From NCBI GenBank assembly GCA_015521565.1, contig WANX01000078.1:1-60125 (forward strand): a stretch of DNA of 60,125 bases, given 5' to 3'. Position numbers and translations under genes: made by a program. The DNA comes from Candidatus Hydrothermarchaeota archaeon. GTDB lineage: Archaea; Hydrothermarchaeota; Hydrothermarchaeia; Hydrothermarchaeales; BMS3B. Below are positions 35,351 through 44,170 of the stretch, piece by piece. The stretch's first letter is position 1; every line of letters begins with the position of its first letter. The notes beneath the pieces are model-generated. The model did not search any database. It had not been told where the DNA came from and saw only the letters and a program-made list of their open reading frames with translations.

Positions 35351-35830
35351 CTAAAGCTTCCTGACTCCAAGTCTGGCGGTCTTAACCAGCATGGTGCCCG
35401 AAGAAGTGTCGAACTCCACAGTTCTTCCGACACTGCCACCGGTGTCCTCAGCAACTATCCTTATATCCTCTCTTCTGAGGACCTCCCTCACAGCATGCAC
35501 ATTCTTTCTGCCTATGTAGTCGTCCTTCGGGATAAAGGAGAACATCTTGGCCCCGCCGGCGATTTTGGCAATCAGCCTTGACCTGTTTGCACCGAGCTTC
35601 TCCATCTTTTCAATTGCCAGCGGAATAGCTGTATCTGCATACTTCGCCCTGTTGTCCACCGGCTCAGAGCCTCTGCTGAAGGGGAGCATTATATGGGCAA
35701 GAGAACCAACCTTCTTTTTTGAATCAAAAAGAGCAACCCCCACACAGGAGCCCAGTCCTATGCTCACCAGCCTTGCGGGCTCCGTGGCGGCCTTAACGTC
35801 TGCGATGTCCACCACAATAACCGGAGGCAT
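35351..35830 (-). CDS. cheD: chemoreceptor glutamine deamidase CheD
   Basis: GLGSCVGVALFD..VGSLAHIMLP and the overall CheD pattern. Confidence 0.9.
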   Translation of the reverse strand: MPPVIVVDIADVKAATEPARLVSIGLGSCVGVALFDSKKKVGSLAHIMLPFSRGSEPVDNRAKYADTAIPLAIEKMEKLGANRSRLIAKIAGGAKMFSFIPKDDYIGRKNVHAVREVLRREDIRIVAEDTGGSVGRTVEFDTSSGTMLVKTARLGVRKL

Positions 35831-35832
35831 GC

Positions 35833-36459
35833 TCAGGCACCCAGCCCCACCTTCTCTCTGAGCATTGTCACTATCCTGTCCAGGGACTCCGGGTCGGGCA
35901 TGAGGAATATGTTCCCGCTTATCTGGCGTGGCTGAAATATAAATCTGGTTTTAAAGAGGATGGCGTCACCCGTCTTGCAGGCCTGCTCCAGCATAATAAA
36001 GTCCAGCAGTGCCGCTGCCATGTCCACTGCAAGGGCTGGCGGCATCGGCATTATCTTCATTCCCAGAAAGTCGGCGAGAGCGTTGGAGAAGTGGGATGCC
36101 ATGATGTTTCCCACCTCCTGAAGCACAGATACCTCCATCTCAGTGAGTTCCTCTCCTGCAGGAGGCATGCCCGTTATCTGCTCCACCAGCTGCAGTGCTG
36201 AGGCGATGTCCAGCATTAACACAATAACGCCATTCACATCTCCCTCAAGCTCCACATACACCCCGGCCACCAGCTCTTCACCGCCCTCGCGGGAGATGAG
36301 CTGTTCCACGGGCCGTATCTCCAGCGCAGGAACCTCTATGCTCACCTTGGTGCCCGTCATCTCGGCCAGGGAATTTGTAGCATGGCTCGCCCCTATGCTG
36401 CCCACCTCACGCAGCATATCCATTTCCAGCTCATTCAGAATCAACTGCCTTGCCATCAT
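35833..36459 (-). CDS. cheC: CheY-P phosphatase CheC
   Basis: Duplicated motif LREVGSIGASHATNSLAEM / LQEVGNIMASHFSNALADF. Confidence 0.9.
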   Translation of the reverse strand: MMARQLILNELEMDMLREVGSIGASHATNSLAEMTGTKVSIEVPALEIRPVEQLISREGGEELVAGVYVELEGDVNGVIVLMLDIASALQLVEQITGMPPAGEELTEMEVSVLQEVGNIMASHFSNALADFLGMKIMPMPPALAVDMAAALLDFIMLEQACKTGDAILFKTRFIFQPRQISGNIFLMPDPESLDRIVTMLREKVGLGA

Positions 36460-38333
36460 CCAACCTCCAGAGAAGCTATATCCAGTATCAGGGACACCCT
36501 ACCATCGCCCATGATGGTAGAGCCCGCAAAACCGCGCACATCCCTGAGCTTTCCTTCCAGCCCCTTTATCACAATCTCCTGCTGTCCTATCAGCTCGTCC
36601 ACCGCGATTCCTATCAGGTTGCCGCCTTTCTCAACCACAACCACCGGCCTGGCATCACTCCCATTTCCGGTGGCGGGCTTTCCGAGAAGTGTTATAAGGT
36701 CGTACACCGGGAGTATCCTGCCGCGAAGCTGTATCACCTCCTGCCCCATAACCGTGGTTAAATCCTCCCTCTTCACATTTAGTATCTCACTCACATTGTT
36801 CAGCGGGATGGCGTATATCCTCCCTCCAGCGGAAATGAGCAGCGCCTTTGTTATTGCCAGCGTGAGCGGAAGCTTAAGCACAAACCTGGTGCCCCTGTCA
36901 ACCTCCGACTCCAGCTCCACAGTTCCACCAAGGGCAAGAATCTTATTTCTCACCACATCCAGCCCCACACCTCTGCCGGAAATATCAGTAACCTTTTCTG
37001 CAGAGCTGAAGCCCGGGGTAAATATCAGCATCCTGGCATCCTCCGGGGACATTCCGCTGGCTTCTTTCTCACTTATCAGCCCCCGCTCCACCGCAATCCT
37101 CTTTATCTTCTCGGGGTCTATCCCTCTCCCGTCATCCTCCACAACTATTTCAACGTGGTCCTTCACACGTCTGGCCTTGAGCATTACCCTCCCGACCTCA
37201 CTCTTTCCCTTTTCGAGCCTCTCCTCTGGAGGCTCAATTCCGTGGTCAATGCAGTTCCTGAGAAGGTGCACCAGCGGATCCCCTATCTCGTCAAGCACCG
37301 TTCTGTCCAGCTCTATATCTCTGCCCTTTACGATAAATTCTACCTTTTTACCCTCCTTTTTTGCCAGATCTCTAACCATACGCGGAAATCTGTCAAAAAC
37401 ATAGCTCACCTCAACCATCCGCATCTCCTGGACCTCTTCCTGGAGACTGGTGGTGAGTTTATCGATATATGCCAGCGTTTCGTTGAGCTCATCAATTGCA
37501 TACTTATTCTTAATCTGAAATAGGCGACTCTTACTTATTACAAGCTCTCCCACCAGATTCATCAGAGAGTCCAGCCTTTCTATAGAAACACGCACGGTCT
37601 GCACACTCTTCATCTCACTTTTAGTACCGCCGCTTTTCTGTGGAGCCGTTTCCACGCTGTGTACCTCTACTCCGGCAACCTCACTCACCTTTTTAAGAAT
37701 CCTCTCCTTTATTTCATCGTCAGAAGCGCCGGTTTTCAGGAAGATGGAAAAACTCCTGTCAAAGTCCCCATCCTCAAGTCTGTCCTCGTCTGGTATGCAC
37801 TTTACTATTTCTCCCAGCTCCTTCAGCTCTCTGAAGGTCATGAACGCCCTGACCGACTTCAGGGTGCAGTCCCTGTCCAGCTCCACATCCACCCGCTTCA
37901 CACCGGCACCAGCCCTGTGCACTTCCTCCGCCCCATCCCTCCTCTGCGGCTGCTTCTCTTTCTTCCCTGTGCCTGTGTACCTGCTCAGCTTGCTGCTGAT
38001 CTCTGTGGCGTCGATGTTCTCCTCATCCCCCTGGGTAAGCGAGTTGAGGGCAGCCTCCAGCAGGTCCACTGCCTCAAAAAGCAAATCCACAATCTCAGAG
38101 TTTATCTCCACACGACCTTCCCTTATTGCATCCAGCAGGTTCTCCATCTCGTGGGTAATGCTTGCCATGCCCTCATAGCCCATGGTTGCGGCCATCCCTT
38201 TGAGGGTGTGGGCCGCCCTGAAAATTTCTGTGATAACCTGCTGATTGCCTTTCTCGAGCTCCAGAAGCCCCTGGGTGAGGGTATTGAGGTGCTCCATTGA
38301 CTCACTTATAAACACATCCCTGTAACTTTCCAT
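36456..38333 (-). CDS. cheA: chemotaxis histidine kinase CheA
   Basis: P1 AHTLKGMAATMG. H-box-less dimerisation domain. HATPase motifs (HLLRNCIDHGIE, DDGRGID, SGRGVGLDVV). C-terminal CheW-like domain. Confidence 0.95.
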   Translation of the reverse strand: MESYRDVFISESMEHLNTLTQGLLELEKGNQQVITEIFRAAHTLKGMAATMGYEGMASITHEMENLLDAIREGRVEINSEIVDLLFEAVDLLEAALNSLTQGDEENIDATEISSKLSRYTGTGKKEKQPQRRDGAEEVHRAGAGVKRVDVELDRDCTLKSVRAFMTFRELKELGEIVKCIPDEDRLEDGDFDRSFSIFLKTGASDDEIKERILKKVSEVAGVEVHSVETAPQKSGGTKSEMKSVQTVRVSIERLDSLMNLVGELVISKSRLFQIKNKYAIDELNETLAYIDKLTTSLQEEVQEMRMVEVSYVFDRFPRMVRDLAKKEGKKVEFIVKGRDIELDRTVLDEIGDPLVHLLRNCIDHGIEPPEERLEKGKSEVGRVMLKARRVKDHVEIVVEDDGRGIDPEKIKRIAVERGLISEKEASGMSPEDARMLIFTPGFSSAEKVTDISGRGVGLDVVRNKILALGGTVELESEVDRGTRFVLKLPLTLAITKALLISAGGRIYAIPLNNVSEILNVKREDLTTVMGQEVIQLRGRILPVYDLITLLGKPATGNGSDARPVVVVEKGGNLIGIAVDELIGQQEIVIKGLEGKLRDVRGFAGSTIMGDGRVSLILDIASLEVG

Positions 38334-38353
38334 GCACCCCCTCCATGCATCCC

Positions 38354-38710
38354 TCAGCAGAGCTTCTCAATAACCTCCAGCACCTTACTTTCTTTGAAGG
38401 GCTTAACTATAAAGTCCCTGGCGCCTGCTTCCAGCGCCTCCTTCACCATGGCCTCCTGACCGAGAGCGCTGACCATTACAATCTTCGCCTCCGGGTCAAT
38501 TGACATAATCTTCTTCACCGCCTCTATCCCGTTCACCTCGGGCATGATTATATCCATAGTCACCACATCAGGCCTCAGCTCCCTGTACTTCTCAACGCCC
38601 TCTGCACCGTTCTGCGCCTCTCCGACTATCTGATGACCGTTCTTTCCCAGGATATTTTTCAGCATCATCCTCATAAAAGCGGCATCGTCAACCACCAGAA
38701 TCTTCGCCAT
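38354..38710 (-). CDS. cheY: chemotaxis response regulator CheY
   Basis: MAKILVVDDAAFMRMM, VVTMDIIMPEVNG, and FIVKPF. ATG 38710 follows a GGGGGG RBS. The track start 38749 overlaps the upstream gene. Confidence 0.9.
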   Translation of the reverse strand: MAKILVVDDAAFMRMMLKNILGKNGHQIVGEAQNGAEGVEKYRELRPDVVTMDIIMPEVNGIEAVKKIMSIDPEAKIVMVSALGQEAMVKEALEAGARDFIVKPFKESKVLEVIEKLC

Positions 38711-38712
38711 AA

Positions 38713-39879
38713 TCAAACCCCCCTTTTCAGAGGAATCGCAATAGTGCATCTTGTACCCGTGTTGCGCCCCCTGCTCTCGAGATGTATTCTGCCGCCGTGG
38801 AACTCCACAATCTTGCTCGCCAGTGTCAGACCGAGACCTATCCCCGGATATCTGCGTGATGCCGAGGAGTCCTCCTGGTAAAAGGGTTCAAAAACCCTCT
38901 CCAGGTTTTCTTCCGCAATACCCACTCCGGTATCTTCCACGATTATCTCTACCATTCCGTTCACCGTACGGGTATTCACCTTTACCACACCTCCCCGCCT
39001 GTTGAACTTTATGGAGTTGTCTATTACCTGCTCAAGAGCATAAATAATGTAGGCCGGGTCCACCTCCACTCTGGGTACCCTCTCCAGATTCAGGTCGAAT
39101 CTCACCTCTCTCTGGGCGGCAAAGGGAAGCTTTTCCTTAACCGCTTTATGAACAAGAGATGTAATGTCCTCCTTTCTGAAAACAAGAGTCATAACACCTC
39201 TTCTTATCTTGGAAAGCTCCAGCATACCGTCGATTATCCTGTTCTCACGCATCAGATTCCTGCGTGCCATGAGCAGAAGCTCCCTGAGCTTTGCGGCGTT
39301 CTTCTCCTCCATTGCCAGGTCTATGCATCCCATGGAGATGGTGAGAGGAGTCTTCAGCTCATGGGAGACTATGGAGAGGATGTCAGTGGTTACACCTTCC
39401 AGGTCTCTGAGCCGCCTGTTCACGTCCATGAGCCTCATGTAGGACCTCTCCAGCTCAGACCTGAGCCTCCTGATAACCTCGGAGAAGTCGGCGATGGCTA
39501 TCACAACTCTGGCAACCCTCAAAGAAGAATCCCTGATGGGGTGGAATGTAAACTGATACGGCCCTGGAATTCCGGTGCACGGATTCACATCCACTGCGGT
39601 AAAGGGCTTCCCGGACATAATGGTGCGGAGCGCCGGGCATGTGTCTGCAGAAAAGGTGCAGTTGAGCACAGTTCTGCAGGAGGTGCACACGGCCTCATTT
39701 CCGAGGATGCCCATGAGCCTCGCAAACTCATCATTATATGAGCGTATTCTGAGTCTTCTGTCTATTTCAACAATCGCAATTCCCGTCTCACCTCTGTCAC
39801 CCGAGTCGGTAATGTCTGCTCTTGAGGTGGGGACGGTGTCCACGTACTGGGCGGCTTGCAGCTTGTTCCCCTCCGCCAT
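38713..39879 (-). CDS. cytoplasmic sensor histidine kinase with Cys-rich PAS-like N-terminal domain
   Basis: H-box SIVSHELKTPLT, N-box DNSIKF, G-boxes EDTGVGI and GIGLGL. N-terminal CTSCRTVLNCTFSADTC cluster. Stop lies 2 nt before cheY. Confidence 0.85.
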   Translation of the reverse strand: MAEGNKLQAAQYVDTVPTSRADITDSGDRGETGIAIVEIDRRLRIRSYNDEFARLMGILGNEAVCTSCRTVLNCTFSADTCPALRTIMSGKPFTAVDVNPCTGIPGPYQFTFHPIRDSSLRVARVVIAIADFSEVIRRLRSELERSYMRLMDVNRRLRDLEGVTTDILSIVSHELKTPLTISMGCIDLAMEEKNAAKLRELLLMARRNLMRENRIIDGMLELSKIRRGVMTLVFRKEDITSLVHKAVKEKLPFAAQREVRFDLNLERVPRVEVDPAYIIYALEQVIDNSIKFNRRGGVVKVNTRTVNGMVEIIVEDTGVGIAEENLERVFEPFYQEDSSASRRYPGIGLGLTLASKIVEFHGGRIHLESRGRNTGTRCTIAIPLKRGV

Positions 39880-39965
39880 GCCAATCGCTCCAATCTTAAA
39901 GGAATTTGAAAGATTAATAAAACTTATTTTTCCAGTTTCAAAACAGAAAAAAGAAAAGCGTGGAG

Positions 39966-40157
39966 CTATTTTCCGGAGCTGGAGCTGTCCTCCTCCAGCT
40001 CGTAGGATATGCTCTGACCTCCCCTGCTGTAGTAAACGATTCTGCCTCCCACAATCTCAAAGGCGTCGTACCCCATTTCTTTTCCCCCACCACACCTCTC
40101 CACAGCCTCAAATATTAAGTTTATTTTTCGGAGGTTGAGAGTCCCTGTTTCGACCAC
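39966..40157 (-). CDS. hypothetical small protein (63 aa)
   Basis: An ORF only, with no recognisable motif and no competing gene. Confidence 0.25.
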   Translation of the reverse strand: MVETGTLNLRKINLIFEAVERCGGGKEMGYDAFEIVGGRIVYYSRGGQSISYELEEDSSSSGK

Positions 40158-40234
40158 CGAAAAGTTAAGTTAATATAGGTATGACTTAGAAATCTGTGAT
40201 GCACCTGCTCTGGCAGAGGCATGGAGGAGTAAAT

Positions 40235-40654
40235 TTGAAAAAAATTCTGATTGTGGACGATGAACCGGAGATCACCCGGCTGGTGAAGAAGTTTCTGGAG
40301 CCCGAGGGATTTAAGGTTTACACCGCCAACTCGGGACCAGAGGCGCTGAAGCTGCTGGACGACATGAAGCCGGATTTTATATTTCTCGACCTCTTCATGC
40401 CCGGGATGAGCGGATGGGATGTGCTCAGAGAAATAAGAAAAAAGGCCGCAGATGTGCCGGTGGCAATGCTCACAGTTCAGCCTCTTTATGAATCTATTGA
40501 CAGAGAGGAGGTTGAAGACATAGTTGATTATATAACAAAGCCCTTTGACAGGGAGGACCTCATAGAGACGTTAAAGCAGGTACCGGGAATGGTGGAGGGG
40601 GATGAGTATCCCGGAGGGGGAGATGAGAGAGAAGCTACTGGAGAGGGTGGCTGA
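40235..40654 (+). CDS. stand-alone response regulator receiver domain (paralog of 30645..31019)
   Basis: TTG 40235 lies 5 nt after GGAGGAG and gives (M)KKILIVDDEPE. Also has FIFLDLFMPGMSG and ITKPF. Confidence 0.85.
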   Translation: MKKILIVDDEPEITRLVKKFLEPEGFKVYTANSGPEALKLLDDMKPDFIFLDLFMPGMSGWDVLREIRKKAADVPVAMLTVQPLYESIDREEVEDIVDYITKPFDREDLIETLKQVPGMVEGDEYPGGGDEREATGEGG

Positions 40655-41756
40655 ACTCGCCACCGATGCAGTATTTGTGCTTGGCCGGGATGGAAAAATA
40701 AAGAGCTGCATCTCCCGAAGCCACCTGCACACCCTTGAAGGGCTTCAGGGGTCACACGTCACCCTGCTCTGGCCGCCGGAGCTCAGGCAGGAGGGTGAGA
40801 GAATCCTGGAGAGGGCGAGAGGCGGAGCGGTGCTTAGAGACATAATAACTGGCTGGAGGATGCAAAACAGCACCATCACTGTCAGCATCACCATTGCACC
40901 CATCCACTCCGGAGAGCCTGGTGAGGGGCTGGTAATGGTGGTGAGGGATGTTACAAAGGAGATGGAGGCCGAAAGAAGACTGAGCAGCTACATAAGAGAG
41001 CTTACACAGTACATCAGACACGTTGAGAGGTCAAGTCAGCTGAAGGACACCTTTGCGGATATTATGCGGCACGACATACTCAATCCCCTCTCGGCAATAA
41101 AGAGTGCCATCTCCTCCGGAAGGGTAAACGACAGAGGAATTGCGCTGATAAAAAAGAGTGTTGACAGGATTGAAAAGATTGTTGAGATGTTCTCCAAATA
41201 CGCCTTCCTGCACAGTGTTGAGGAGCTCAGCTTTCAGGAGGGCAACCTGTCGGAGATGCTGGACGAGGTTGTGGACACCCTTACACCGGCGGCCCTGGAG
41301 ATGGATGTAAGGGTTGTGAAGAGGTATCCTCCCGTCCTCACGGCAAGGTTCAGCCCCTTCCTGGAGGAGGCGGTGGCAAATCTGCTCTCAAACGCAATAA
41401 AGTTCAGCCCCGCAGGTGGTGAAGTTGTGCTGGAAGCCGGGGCGGAGGACGGATGGGTTACTTTGAGGGTCAGAGACCGGGGACCCGGAATACCGGACAG
41501 GTACAAGAAAAGCATCTTTGAGCGCTTTGTCAGGGGCAGAAAGGACGGAATAAAGGGCTCCGGGCTTGGCCTCGCCATAGTGAGACGCATAGCAGAGATG
41601 CACCGCGGCGAGGTGTGGGTGGAGGACAATGTGGTGGAGTATCAGGACGGGTCTGGCAGAGTCCATCAGAAGAAACAGGGAAGCGTCTTTGTGCTCAGAA
41701 TACCGGGTGATTGCCGCGGAGGGGTATCAGGGAGCGGGGAAGAACGAAAACAGTAG
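40623..41756 (+). CDS. PAS-domain sensor histidine kinase
   Basis: PAS-like N-terminus. H-box IMRHDILNPLS, N-box LSNAIKF, G-boxes RDRGPGIP and GSGLGLAIV. ATG 40623 follows GGAGGGGGA. Confidence 0.85.
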   Translation: MREKLLERVAELATDAVFVLGRDGKIKSCISRSHLHTLEGLQGSHVTLLWPPELRQEGERILERARGGAVLRDIITGWRMQNSTITVSITIAPIHSGEPGEGLVMVVRDVTKEMEAERRLSSYIRELTQYIRHVERSSQLKDTFADIMRHDILNPLSAIKSAISSGRVNDRGIALIKKSVDRIEKIVEMFSKYAFLHSVEELSFQEGNLSEMLDEVVDTLTPAALEMDVRVVKRYPPVLTARFSPFLEEAVANLLSNAIKFSPAGGEVVLEAGAEDGWVTLRVRDRGPGIPDRYKKSIFERFVRGRKDGIKGSGLGLAIVRRIAEMHRGEVWVEDNVVEYQDGSGRVHQKKQGSVFVLRIPGDCRGGVSGSGEERKQ

Positions 41757-41813
41757 CAACATCCCCCGCTCATGAGCACAAAATCTTCTGCACACCTCCG
41801 ACGTGGAAAGCAA

Positions 41814-41887
41814 TGGGCCCGCGGAGATTCGAACTCCGGACCTCCGCCGTGTCAAGGCGACGTCATAACCAGCTAGACTACGGGCCC
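41814..41887 (-). tRNA. tRNA-Val (anticodon GAC)
   Basis: The reverse complement folds as a cloverleaf: GGGCCCG-TA-GTCT-AGCTGGTTA-TGAC-G-TCGCC-TTGACAC-GGCGG-AGGTC-CGGAG-TTCGAAT-CTCCG-CGGGCCC-A. CCA is not encoded. Confidence 0.9.
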
Positions 41888-41927
41888 ACAGCTAATCCCC
41901 ATACCTTCCCGAGGTAAAAATATCTTA

Positions 41928-42332
41928 TCACAGCAGCGTCTTCTTCCTGTACACCCTGAGCTTCGCCTTGTCCAGCACCACATCCCCTTCTGAGGTTCTG
42001 GCCCGGACATCGATTCTGTAGTCTCCCGGTACAGCATCCTCATTGAGGCTTACTCTGAACTCCACTATTCTACTCTCACCCGGCTTAAGCCTGAAAGTGG
42101 TTTTCCTCGGTCTTGTAATATTCAGTCCCTCGCTCTCCACCACATCCACTTCCACAGTTACCATTTTGTCTGCTATATTTGTGGTTTTTGCCTTAACCAC
42201 TATATCCCGTGACTCCTCAAGGCTCACCTTGCTGGGTGTAACCTCACTCTCCAGCTTAATCGGGTACTTCTCCCCCGGGATGGCACACCCGCTCAGGGGC
42301 AACAGCAGTAAAATAAGCAGCACGGGGCGCAT
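41928..42332 (-). CDS. lipoprotein with Ig-like (CARDB/DUF11-like) domain
   Basis: MRPVLLILLLLPLSGC lipobox. Beta-rich region with KPGESRIVEFRVSL..VPGDYRIDV. Confidence 0.6.
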   Translation of the reverse strand: MRPVLLILLLLPLSGCAIPGEKYPIKLESEVTPSKVSLEESRDIVVKAKTTNIADKMVTVEVDVVESEGLNITRPRKTTFRLKPGESRIVEFRVSLNEDAVPGDYRIDVRARTSEGDVVLDKAKLRVYRKKTLL

Positions 42333-42365
42333 ACACGAATTTTCTGCGCTCTGCATATAATACCT

Positions 42366-42992
42366 TTACGGTATTGCGGCAACTATCCCGGAATATCTGG
42401 CACACTTTTCACTGTCCTGAAGCAGCCTGCAGATGAGCGCTCTGAGCACCTCCGCTTCTCCCTCCTCCCCGAACCTCTCTCCGCTGCCCACACGGTAGTA
42501 TCTGCATCCCACCACCAGCGTGGGGACAGCACCATCGGGGCTGAACTTCCTGAAGAGCTTCATATCCTCCTCGGGCGCCAGCTTTAAATCCAGCTCGTAC
42601 AGTCTGAAATCTATACTATCGCCGAACTCCTGCGCCACCTTCTTTACCACCGGCTTTTCCCACCTGCAGTGGGGACACCAGCTTGTTCCGAAGAAGTACA
42701 CGATGGGTCTGCCGTCAGAAGAACACACCTCCTCGCCTGTAAGGACAAAATCCCCCACCGTCTTTCCCCTCAGACTCTCCATCTCCTTCTTCAGCTGGGC
42801 AACCTCAGCCCTGAGACGCAGATTCTCCTGCTCAAGAGATGCGATGCTGCTCTTTATCTCGCTGTACTCCTGCTGAGGAACTGCCACGTAGTTCGCCGGC
42901 AACCGGAGGTACCCCCACACTGCAGAAACCACAAGCAGAACACCAAAAATAAGCGCAGCAGTTTTCCACTTTGTAACCTCTGAGCTCATCAC
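42366..42992 (-). CDS. membrane-anchored thioredoxin-fold thiol:disulfide oxidoreductase
   Basis: N-terminal TM segment, a coiled coil, then FFGTSWCPHCRWEKP (CPHC active site). Confidence 0.75.
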   Translation of the reverse strand: MMSSEVTKWKTAALIFGVLLVVSAVWGYLRLPANYVAVPQQEYSEIKSSIASLEQENLRLRAEVAQLKKEMESLRGKTVGDFVLTGEEVCSSDGRPIVYFFGTSWCPHCRWEKPVVKKVAQEFGDSIDFRLYELDLKLAPEEDMKLFRKFSPDGAVPTLVVGCRYYRVGSGERFGEEGEAEVLRALICRLLQDSEKCARYSGIVAAIP

Positions 42993-43068
42993 TGCACCCC
43001 TTTTCAGCTAAACTTTTGTTGTTGCGGCAGATATATAAGTCTTACCGGTAGATTCCTGCAAGACCAGC

Positions 43069-44169
43069 TCATAGAAGGTTGTACAGTGTATCCCTCCGCC
43101 TGGGTTCAAAGCCGGCATCAATTATGAGCCTGCGAATCTCTTCTTCGCTCATCATTTCATTGCTTGCTCCGGCGCTCCTTGAGATGTTCTCCTCCATCAG
43201 AGTCCCCCCAAAGTCGTTGGCCCCGTAGCATAGCATGAGCTGAGCCAGCTTTCTGCCCAGCTTCACCCAGGATACCTGAAGGTTTCGGAAGTTGTCCAGG
43301 TATAGCCTGGAAACCACATACACACGCAGGTCCTCCAGGCCGGTGGCACCGGCTCTGCTTTCACCTCTGGCGTACAGAGCCGTCCGATGGTGGATGAAGG
43401 AGAGCGGAACGAACTCTGTAAAACCCCGGGTTCTGTCCTGAATTCTGCGTATAATTCTGAGGTGCTCCACCTTGTCCCGTGCGCTTTCCACGTGCCCGTA
43501 GAGCATGGTTGCCGTGGTCGGTATGCCCAGACGGTGGGCCTGCATTATTATTCTGACCCACTCCTGTGTGCTCAGCTTCTCGGGGCATATCCTGGCCCTA
43601 ACCCTGTCCACCAGAATCTCAGCCGCAGTGCCTGGCATGGAGTCCAGTCCGGCTTCCTTCAGCGCTCTCAGCGTCTCCTTTATGCCTATTCCGCTCCTTC
43701 TGGCGATGTGGTGCACTTCCATGGGTGAGAAGGCGTGGATGTGCACATTCGCGGCACTCTTAACAGCCTTCAGGATTGCGATATACTGCTCCAGAGTCGC
43801 CTCGGGGTGAAGACCTCCCTGAATGCACACCTCGCTCGCCCCTCTTGCAGCGGCCTCGCGTGCACATTCTGCCACCTGTTCAGGGGTCATCATATACGCA
43901 TCTCCCTCATGCCCCCGCCTGCGAAAGGCGCAGAAGGTGCAGCTGCCGATGCATATGTTGGTAAAGTTTATGTTGCGGTTTACCACATAGGTTACAAAGT
44001 TTCCGGCGCGGAGCTCTCTCAGCCTGTGGGCAGCAAAGCCTGCGAGAAGCACCTCGCTGCTGCTGCAGTTTAGGAGGTGCAGCGCCTCCTCCTCTGTTAG
44101 CCTCTCTCCGGAGAGGGCCCTCTCCAGTATTTGCACCGTCTCTTCGCTGGCGTTTAAAACCTCGAGCAT
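43069..44169 (-). CDS. cofH: FO synthase subunit 2 (CofH), radical SAM
   Basis: NFTNICIGSCTFCAF radical-SAM cluster and a CofH-like C-terminus. ATG 44169 abuts the cofG stop. Confidence 0.85.
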   Translation of the reverse strand: MLEVLNASEETVQILERALSGERLTEEEALHLLNCSSSEVLLAGFAAHRLRELRAGNFVTYVVNRNINFTNICIGSCTFCAFRRRGHEGDAYMMTPEQVAECAREAAARGASEVCIQGGLHPEATLEQYIAILKAVKSAANVHIHAFSPMEVHHIARRSGIGIKETLRALKEAGLDSMPGTAAEILVDRVRARICPEKLSTQEWVRIIMQAHRLGIPTTATMLYGHVESARDKVEHLRIIRRIQDRTRGFTEFVPLSFIHHRTALYARGESRAGATGLEDLRVYVVSRLYLDNFRNLQVSWVKLGRKLAQLMLCYGANDFGGTLMEENISRSAGASNEMMSEEEIRRLIIDAGFEPRRRDTLYNLL

Positions 44170-44170
44170 G

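Noticed and set aside
36382-37404. 340-aa + strand Ser/Pro/Thr-rich ORF, and also 37659..38300
   Set aside because: They are antisense to cheA and have low-complexity composition.
41711-41917. 68-aa + strand ORF
   Set aside because: It overlaps the tRNA-Val gene on the opposite strand.
41888-42992. Possible integrated element next to tRNA-Val
   Set aside because: There is no integrase, no direct repeat of the tRNA 3' end, and no compositional break. The neighbouring genes are an ordinary lipoprotein and a thioredoxin-like oxidoreductase.
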